Assembly: GCA_016840465.1 (NCBI GenBank)
Contig: JAEOSH010000014.1
Coordinates: 1 to 32,000 of the forward strand
From: Candidatus Baldrarchaeum yapensis
Lineage (GTDB): Archaea; Asgardarchaeota; Baldrarchaeia; Baldrarchaeales; Baldrarchaeaceae
DNA length: 32,000 bases
Direction of reading: 5' to 3'
The stretch's first letter is position 1. Each line of letters opens with the position of its first letter. Of the stretch, positions 9,392 to 15,694 are shown in pieces. The notes below the pieces were generated by a model, which was given only the letters and a program-made list of their open reading frames with translations, was not told the DNA's origin and did no database searches. Both the position numbers and the translations under genes were made by a program.

Positions 9392-9853
9392 ATGGGTGCG
9401 GAAGAAAAACTGGCAAAATTGGGAATAAGGCTCCCTGAGCCGCCAAAACCAGTTGCGGCATACGTTCCCGCTGTAAGAGTTGGAAACCTGATCTTTGTAT
9501 CCGGGCAGATCCCCATGGAGCAAGGAGAACTAAAGTTTAAGGGGAAAGTCGGAAAGGACCTGAACGTAGAGCAGGGTTATGAGGCGGCGAGGCTCTGCGC
9601 AATAAACGCGCTTAGCATAATAAAGGGGTTGGTAGGATCCCTAAATAAGGTCAAGAGGGTCGTCAGAGTGACCGGCTACGTCAACAGCGCCGATGGGTTC
9701 TCCGAACAACACAAGGTGCTGAACGGGGCATCCGAATTCCTCAGAGAAATTTTCGGGGAAAAGGGATTGCATTCCAGAGTTGCAGTCGGCGTCAGCGGAC
9801 TCCCACTGGATGCGGCAGTCGAGGTGGAAATGATAGTCGAGGTCGAGGATTAA
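9392..9853 (+). CDS. RidA/YjgF/UK114 family protein
   Basis: LPEPPKPVAAYVPAVRVGNLIFVSGQIP, VLNGASEFL, HSRVAVGVSGLPLDAAVEVE. Confidence 0.93.
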   Translation: MGAEEKLAKLGIRLPEPPKPVAAYVPAVRVGNLIFVSGQIPMEQGELKFKGKVGKDLNVEQGYEAARLCAINALSIIKGLVGSLNKVKRVVRVTGYVNSADGFSEQHKVLNGASEFLREIFGEKGLHSRVAVGVSGLPLDAAVEVEMIVEVED

Positions 9854-10156
9854 CCCATTTTATTATATGTGAGCTCGCCGTTTGTCCCTACCGTCTCATT
9901 TTATTTAAGACCGTATCGATTTGCATCGACGGTAGGAATTTTCTCCCTACACTGGTGGCACGGCCGTCTCTCCGGACTAGGGTCACTGGGCATCGGAGCG
10001 AACGGCACGCGTCTCCGTGGAGGGGCTTTTCTCCGATGCAAAAAGACGCGGTTTGGAGTATTTAAACGTTTCTGCCCTGGGGCGCCGGGTTGCCGTAGAG
10101 AGATATATTAAGGAGGAGGGGTGATTTTTATCATAAAAACCAAGGGATAGAGCGAA

Positions 10157-11584
10157 ATGGAGAGGAAGATTCGTATTTTAAATTGTTTGGACAAATTGTT
10201 TAATCCGAAGTCTGTGGCGGTTATTGGAGTTTCAGAGGAGCCGAGAAAACTCGGGTACCAATGCCTTAAGGCTCTCCTCATGGATGGTTATGAAGGGAGG
10301 ATCTATCCCGTTCATCCACGCCTCAAGCAGCTGATGGGACTAAGAGTTTATAACAGTTTGGACGAGATAGAGGATGAAATAGATCTTGCGGTAATAGCCG
10401 TATCTGCCCCTAATGTGCCCGATGCGCTCATGAGTTGTGCGAGGAAAAAGATAAAGTGCGCCATTGTGATATCATCCGGGTTTAAGGAAATAGGGGGCAT
10501 GGGCGAGGATCTCGAAAGAAAAATCAAAGAGATCGCCGAAAAACATAAAATATGCATAGTGGGACCAAATTGCTTCGGAGCAGCCAATTTGAAGGCAAAA
10601 TTAAATGCCACATTTGGTCCGGGAGTTCTTAAACTGAAACCCGGAAACATCTCGATAATAAGTCAAAGTGGGGGCATGACGGGGGCTATTCTTTACCATG
10701 CACTCGATCTGGATGCCGGAATCGCGAAATTCGTGAGTGTAGGAAACAGGTGCAACTTGGACTTTGCAGACTACATAGAGTATTTTTACCATGACCCGGA
10801 CACCAAGGTGATAGCTATCTTTCTAGAGGGAACCGAGGACGCGAGAAGATTCATCGAAGTGGCAAAACGTGTAACGAAATCGAAGCCCATACTTGTGTAT
10901 AAGGCAGGAAAAACAAAAACGGGAACGGTTGGTGTAAAAAGCCATACCGGATCTCTTGCTGGGAAACCTGAACTTTACAGTGCTGCATTTAAGCAGGCGG
11001 GGATAATAGAAGTTCAATCGATAAGGGAACTCATCGAGGGAGCAAAGGTGCTCTCGATAATGAAACATCCACCACGTGGTAACCGCGTGGCGGTAGTGAC
11101 CCACACGGCTGGCCCCAGCATTGTAGTGAGTGATATACTTGAGTCTAGAGGATGTACCATCGCGAATCTCTCGGATAAAACAATAGAAGAGATACGAAAG
11201 CTTCTCCCCTTCCCGATTCCGATATCAAATCCCGTAGACCTTTTAGGATTTGGGTATGCACTTCCTGAACTTTATGGAGAGACCGTAAAGAGAGTGCTGG
11301 CAGATGAGAATGTCGATCTACTGATAACAATTTATACACCCTCATTCCAGCCCGAGATTAGAGTTCCCGCGAAGGAAATGGTCGAAGCGGTCAGGGAGTA
11401 TCAAAAACCACTAATTGCGGTGCTAATTGCGCCACTCAGCATGAAACCAGAGGAAGTAGAATACCTAGAAAATGCTGGAATTCCCGTGTTCTTCGACCCA
11501 GAAAGTGGAGCAAGAGCCGCCACCATTGCAATACATTACTACACTAGGATTTTGAAGCGTAGTGGCGTTGTTAACGGTACCTAA
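10157..11584 (+). CDS. acdA: Acetate/acyl-CoA ligase (ADP-forming), alpha subunit
   Basis: CoA-binding N-terminus (LFNPKSVAVIGVS), IVGPNCFG, ISQSGG, SVGNRCNLD, catalytic His in KSHTGSLAG, NPVDL. No beta subunit in this window. Confidence 0.92.
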   Translation: MERKIRILNCLDKLFNPKSVAVIGVSEEPRKLGYQCLKALLMDGYEGRIYPVHPRLKQLMGLRVYNSLDEIEDEIDLAVIAVSAPNVPDALMSCARKKIKCAIVISSGFKEIGGMGEDLERKIKEIAEKHKICIVGPNCFGAANLKAKLNATFGPGVLKLKPGNISIISQSGGMTGAILYHALDLDAGIAKFVSVGNRCNLDFADYIEYFYHDPDTKVIAIFLEGTEDARRFIEVAKRVTKSKPILVYKAGKTKTGTVGVKSHTGSLAGKPELYSAAFKQAGIIEVQSIRELIEGAKVLSIMKHPPRGNRVAVVTHTAGPSIVVSDILESRGCTIANLSDKTIEEIRKLLPFPIPISNPVDLLGFGYALPELYGETVKRVLADENVDLLITIYTPSFQPEIRVPAKEMVEAVREYQKPLIAVLIAPLSMKPEEVEYLENAGIPVFFDPESGARAATIAIHYYTRILKRSGVVNGT

Positions 11585-11755
11585 TGCAAATATTCTTATT
11601 CTGTCAAAAGAGCCGTTAAAACGAGACGCTAAGAGAGTTGGAATCATCATACAGAGCATTTAGAACTTTTTTCCGTAATGGTTTTCATACTACTATCAAA
11701 ATATATTTCTAGCGGAGGGATTAAGACGTGCGCTTTGGAAAATATTGACGTAATA

Positions 11756-11896
11756 TAGTACTTCTGAAACTTTCTGAAGAATGAACGTTTCTCATCTATT
11801 CTTCATTCCCATCATCTCCGTACATAGTGAAACGTGCACCGGCGAACCTCTCAATGAATCTTTCGCCTTCTCCGAGAAGAAGTTTCAGGAGTACTA
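11756..11896. mobile_element. Candidate MITE-like element or long RNA hairpin bounded by 17-bp inverted repeats
   Basis: TAGTACTTCTGAAACTT (11756-11772) vs AAGTTTCAGGAGTACTA (11880-11896): 16/17 complementary, the exception being a T-G pair. Inner stem ACGTTTC/GAAACGT (11785-11791/11829-11835). Non-coding, between convergent genes. Confidence 0.4.
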
Positions 11897-11954
11897 ATAA
11901 GGAATCAAATATTTACGTGAGTAGGAGAATGAAGTTGGTAAAAATCAACAGTGG

Positions 11955-12782
11955 TCAGTCGTTGGTGGGCTTTGAGGGGAATCTTATTTCAGCGGCGGGC
12001 ATATGGTACATCATTCCCTCTTCGTACTTGCCCTCGATCACTATTCCCTTGCTCTTAAGTTTTTTTAGTATGGCGATGGCCTCGTCCACCGTTTTGAACA
12101 TGTGGGGCAATCTTATCATGATGTCGGTCGGCGTGAGCCTCCCTCCCATTTCATAGAAGAGGCGAACAACCTCCAGCTCCTTGGTTGAGAGTTCCAGCCC
12201 AGGGGAGACGTAGAGATTATCCCCTATCTTCTTCAAATAGCCTCGCTTCACGAGTTTCTTTAGCACGAGGTTTATGTCGTCAGATGTCACCAGTTTCCCG
12301 TCTATTTCACCGATGTCAACCAGTATCCTTCCAGGGGAGATGACATTCCCATACCTGTACGCCAGCTCCAAGATCCTCTGTTCAAGGAGGGTGTAGAATC
12401 GCTTCTTGAGCCTTCTACCCTCCAATATCCTGCGCAGAAGCCCCATTTTCTTACTATTCTCCTCTGTGGACACCTGCACTTTGGGCATTTCCTTCGCTTC
12501 CTTCTCCAATTTTACCTCTTCGCGCCTCTCCACTTCAGTAGGCTTTTCTTCCTCACTCTCTCTCATTCTCTCTTCACTTGTGCCCTCCTTTGGTATTTGG
12601 AACGCTGGCGGCTGTATTAGCGGTGGTAAAACGTGAGGAATTGGCGGTTGTTGCATATAAGGCCATCTATGGTGTTGCCATCTGAACCATAGAGGTGGTG
12701 GCAACCATCGAGGCGGTGGGAAAGCGCGCCTGCGCGTCTTTCCTCTACGGAACCTAAACCTGCGCCACATGGGGTTCACCAT
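11955..12782 (-). CDS. Tandem winged-helix protein resembling ESCRT-II subunits (EAP30/Vps22-Vps36-like), with an Arg/Pro/Trp-rich N-terminus and a Glu/Lys-rich linker
   Basis: 275 aa from ATG 12782. WH1: FYTLLEQRILEL..GNVIS..VTSDDINLVLKKLVKRG. WH2: ELSTKELEVVRL..GGRLTPTDI..DEAIAILKKLKSKG..YHMP. The CDS is secure; the ESCRT-II assignment comes from by-eye alignment with recalled Vps22/Vps25 sequences. Confidence 0.6.
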   Translation of the reverse strand: MVNPMWRRFRFRRGKTRRRAFPPPRWLPPPLWFRWQHHRWPYMQQPPIPHVLPPLIQPPAFQIPKEGTSEERMRESEEEKPTEVERREEVKLEKEAKEMPKVQVSTEENSKKMGLLRRILEGRRLKKRFYTLLEQRILELAYRYGNVISPGRILVDIGEIDGKLVTSDDINLVLKKLVKRGYLKKIGDNLYVSPGLELSTKELEVVRLFYEMGGRLTPTDIMIRLPHMFKTVDEAIAILKKLKSKGIVIEGKYEEGMMYHMPAAEIRFPSKPTND

Positions 12783-12806
12783 TTTTGAGATATTGCACAA
12801 AATATC

Positions 12807-12821
12807 TTTATAAGTTTTCGA
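12807..12821 (-). promoter_or_regulatory. BRE/TATA promoter for a probably leaderless transcript of the tandem-WH gene
   Basis: Minus strand reads cGAAAAc-TTATAAA, centred about 28 nt upstream of ATG 12782. No RBS before the ATG. Confidence 0.6.
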
Positions 12822-13050
12822 TTACGTGATGATGAGGGTCATGCATCTACTGACATATTACGTATTTTGGTACAAAAAATTGTATATGCGAATTATTCGG
12901 TTGCATCTTTGTGAATTTTCGTAAAATGGATGTTTTGAGGCGTTTGCATCCGGTCACTTGACAAACGTGAGAAACGTTGAGAACAATCACGCAACTTCCG
13001 ATAAATTTGGAGATTCCCTGTATTCATGCTTTACAGATCCTTCGGATGTG

Positions 13051-13145
13051 GCTCGGGGGTTGCCCCGAAAGGGGGCGAGCCCGGAAAGGGTGATGTGCCC
13101 CAAGGCGGATGTTTGCTCACTAATGCGGGCATCCGCTGAACCCCT
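13051..13145 (+). ncRNA. Candidate structured non-coding RNA, family not recognised
   Basis: 62/95 GC versus 67/180 GC in 12841-13020. Closing stem GGGGGTT/AACCCCT, two GC hairpins with GAAA-containing loops, and a 12-bp stem (13105-13116/13125-13136) with three U-G pairs that indicate the + strand. Confidence 0.55.
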
Positions 13146-13190
13146 CAATTCAGATAATGCATGAGTAATCTCGCAGTCTGGGATCCGAAA

Positions 13191-13553
13191 TTAAAGTTTA
13201 GTTTCTTCCTCTTCGCCCTCCTCCTCTTTCAAGAAGTACCTAACTTCTCTTCTGATCCTTTTCTTCGTGACCTTACCCATTCTGAAGAGTTCATTAAGAA
13301 TTCCGGAAGCGTGGCTTCGAGAGATTTGAAGCCTCTGTGCGAGTTCCCTTGCGGTTACGCCCTCAGGAATGTTCTTTAACTCCTTCAGCGCCAGTGAGAG
13401 TAGGGACTCGACGTCAGCCCTTCCTCCACGGATTACCATCAACTCCTCTCTTCTCTCTATCCTTTCCCTCATTAGGCTACACAGTTCCTCCAGCGTGGAT
13501 TTCAACTCCTCCAAGATCCTCTCTATCCGCTCAAGCCTTTCCTCGACGGACAT
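13191..13553 (-). CDS. Coiled-coil plus winged-helix DNA-binding protein (putative transcriptional regulator)
   Basis: Heptad-rich N-terminus (VEERLERIERILEELKSTLEEL), wHTH GVTARELAQRLQISRSHASGILNELFRMGKVTKKRIRREVRYFL, acidic tail. ATG 13553 follows GGTGA; other ATGs at 13559 and 13565. Confidence 0.85.
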   Translation of the reverse strand: MSVEERLERIERILEELKSTLEELCSLMRERIERREELMVIRGGRADVESLLSLALKELKNIPEGVTARELAQRLQISRSHASGILNELFRMGKVTKKRIRREVRYFLKEEEGEEEETKL

Positions 13554-13617
13554 CGCCATCACCATTTCTTCGACACCGACAACATCAAATAGAAGGACAT
13601 CCTGAGGGATATAAAAT

Positions 13618-13637
13618 TTTCTGATGATCATCAGAAA
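13618..13637. promoter_or_regulatory. Perfect 20-bp palindrome over the BRE of the wHTH gene promoter, candidate operator
   Basis: TTTCTGATGATCATCAGAAA, next to a minus-strand TATA (TTTTATAT, 13609-13616). Confidence 0.65.
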
Positions 13638-13891
13638 CAACAATCTGACAGTCTGCTCCCGCGGGTTCTGTCATGTTTTCAGTCTTTCCATCAGCAGGTC
13701 AACGTACCGCTCCGGTTGTGCCTCCCTTTCTATTATTAAAACTCCGAATAAGTCCCCGAACCTCGCATGAGGATCTTGGGGTCCTCGGTCTCTATAAGGA
13801 ACGTCCTCTCGGCAGGCACTGCTCACGATGCTTATGAGGGAGGAGAGAAACTCGGGCGTTACTACAAGTAAAAAGTAAGGAATTGGACTGG

Positions 13892-14131
13892 TTACGTGCA
13901 TATTAGCGTTTCAGTGTGCTCTATCCCGTCGATTCGCCTGATCGCCGTGACCACCTTGTCAAGCTCCTGCATGCTCTGCACCTTTATTTTCACGATCATG
14001 TCCCAGGAGCCGTAGGTGACCCTCACCTCCTCTACGCCCCTCATGCTCTTTATTTTCTCTCTGACGTCGTGCTCCATCCCTATCGACACTATGACCAGCA
14101 CGTACGCCTCTATTTCCTCACTCAAAACCAT
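13892..14131 (-). CDS. Stand-alone Lrp/AsnC ligand-binding (RAM) domain protein
   Basis: About 79 aa. AYVLVIV..GMEHDVREKI..GVEEVRVTYGSWDMIVKIKVQSMQELDKVV..IRRIDGIEHTETLI. No HTH domain. Confidence 0.92.
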   Translation of the reverse strand: MVLSEEIEAYVLVIVSIGMEHDVREKIKSMRGVEEVRVTYGSWDMIVKIKVQSMQELDKVVTAIRRIDGIEHTETLICT

Positions 14132-14403
14132 ACCCCCATATTGCAGTCCGACCATCAATTAGTACCTTATAATTAAAAACTTCCGGATGACGGCGCCTTT
14201 CGAGCATCTCCATTCGCGTTGCGGCAGTTCATGCTGAAGGTATGAGAATTGCAGTGCATGGGCCTCGGAGAACTGAAGCCGAAGCCACGTGATCCCTCAG
14301 CCTCTCCGGCCTCTAAAAAGATAAAGGGTCTTCCGATAAGTAAAGGTATAAATGTCTCCCCCTTTAATGGCACAGACCCGCGTGGAAACAAGGGAGTAGG
14401 AAT

Positions 14404-15609
14404 ATGAAGTACGACGACGTTCTGCTCAGAGTGATGAGGCGGGAAGAAAGTAGGGAGATCGAGGCAAGGGAGAGAGCGAGGAAAATCGAGGAGTTTGCGG
14501 AGAGTTTGGGACTCAACGGGTTTGTTAGGGAAATGCGGAAAAATCGCACGATCCTCACAACCTACGTACAGGATTACGATGTTCAGAGGAGGCTCTACGC
14601 CTCATCTGCGCGCGACGCTAGGGGTTCAAAGGAGGGGGATGAGGAGAATCTCGCTCTCTTCAGGGATGTGCTGATGCTCCTGATGGGAGAGCAGGAACAA
14701 ATTCACCCGGAGGCCGCGGAGAGGTTCAGATGGCGCCCTCCTGAGTTCTTCATAAGAAGGATGTCGTACGACGATGCCTACGTGGTAGTGATGAGGGACG
14801 AGGACTCCCCCTTCTACATATTCTCGGTGCTTCGCGCGGGTGAAACCCTCGCAACCGGGGTTCTTGATCAGGCAGATGCGTACCTGATCTTCTGGAACAG
14901 GGTTCCGCCGGAGGTCGTAATCGCATCCGCATACATCCATGTGAGGTCGCTGGTGACCGAATTGCTGGATGCAATGCCACGGGAACTTCTCACGGCCACG
15001 GGGATAAGGTCGATAGAGGTCCGTGAACACATGAAGTTTCCATACCTGAGAGTTCACTTCTCCGATGGGAAGAGCGTTGATATTGGAATAAACCTAGAGG
15101 ATCTATCCTTACTGCTGAATGGAATGAGAAGAAGCGTGGCGCAGGAAATAGTATGTCGAGCGGTGACGGAGCGAGGACATGTGGAGGTTAAGGGACAAAA
15201 CTATAGGGTGGAATTCAAAAGGCGGGATCATGGCTGGCTTGTTCTCCTAACGATGCCGGGAAGGTCCGTAGAGGGAGTCTTGAACTGTAAATTCATAGAC
15301 GGGGATCTGCTGTTCTCCGCAAGTAGGGGGCTGGAGGACCTCGCGTTAGACCTAGTAGATCTACTACTAAGGGTGGGGGGAGTGATTCAGGCAACCGACG
15401 GCACCGAAATAGAGGTGGACATTTCCGCACATGTACCCTGGTGCTTCATCAGGTTGGACATCGGCGGGATGATGCTCGAATACAAGGCCGTGGCATCGGG
15501 TTTTGGGAGAAAGAACGTAATGAACGTGCTGAAAGAAATACTGCTCGGAAACATCACAAGATCTTCCATCCCGAAGATACTCTCGAGCCGCGGTTTTTCA
15601 AGAACCTGA
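14404..15609 (+). CDS. Hypothetical protein (401 aa)
   Basis: Long ORF with RBS-like GGGAGTAGG and upstream TATAAA near 14346-14351. Charged helical N-terminus followed by alternating beta/alpha segments. No family recognised. Confidence 0.8.
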   Translation: MKYDDVLLRVMRREESREIEARERARKIEEFAESLGLNGFVREMRKNRTILTTYVQDYDVQRRLYASSARDARGSKEGDEENLALFRDVLMLLMGEQEQIHPEAAERFRWRPPEFFIRRMSYDDAYVVVMRDEDSPFYIFSVLRAGETLATGVLDQADAYLIFWNRVPPEVVIASAYIHVRSLVTELLDAMPRELLTATGIRSIEVREHMKFPYLRVHFSDGKSVDIGINLEDLSLLLNGMRRSVAQEIVCRAVTERGHVEVKGQNYRVEFKRRDHGWLVLLTMPGRSVEGVLNCKFIDGDLLFSASRGLEDLALDLVDLLLRVGGVIQATDGTEIEVDISAHVPWCFIRLDIGGMMLEYKAVASGFGRKNVMNVLKEILLGNITRSSIPKILSSRGFSRT

Positions 15610-15694
15610 ACCGGAGTTCTTAGGGAGCGCCGCCGCTACACTTATGTCAATAATCATGTCACATATATCATAGCGTAACTGAAGGTGTCATCTC

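Noticed and set aside
9392-9853. Functional link between RidA and PurF known from bacterial genetics
   Set aside because: The genes are about 14 kb apart in different transcription units. Nothing in the sequence ties them together.
12720-12770. RR-containing N-terminus of the tandem-WH protein as a Tat signal
   Set aside because: No hydrophobic h-region follows; the segment is basic and Pro-rich.
12826-12853. Box C (GTGATGA/ATGATGA) and box D (CTGA) motifs suggesting a C/D guide RNA
   Set aside because: Only one C/D pair about 25 nt apart, no second D'/C' pair, and it abuts a promoter. Insufficient for a call.
13136-13160. AGATAATGC resembling the TPP riboswitch L5 loop; SECIS-like 12-bp stem followed by UGAA
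   Set aside because: The TPP CUGAGA and AGCG elements are missing. No 5' RUGA quartet lies next to the stem and no in-frame UGA selenoprotein is nearby.
13621-13660. CTGATGA followed by GAAA, resembling a hammerhead ribozyme core
   Set aside because: Only 6 nt separate the motifs, so there is no real stem II, and no stem I or III pairing exists on either strand. Better explained by the DNA palindrome.
13671-13901. 76-aa minus-strand ORF or structured RNA; ACAGAACCCG just downstream resembles the RNase P 3' motif
   Set aside because: No clear RBS or recognisable motif for the ORF. The RNase P GAGGAAAGUCC and GGCUUA elements are absent. It could still be a small gene but is unsupported.
14173-14391. 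72-aa ORF or RNA in the Lrp/ORFan spacer
   Set aside because: No RBS, motif or strong stem was found, and divergent promoters flank it.
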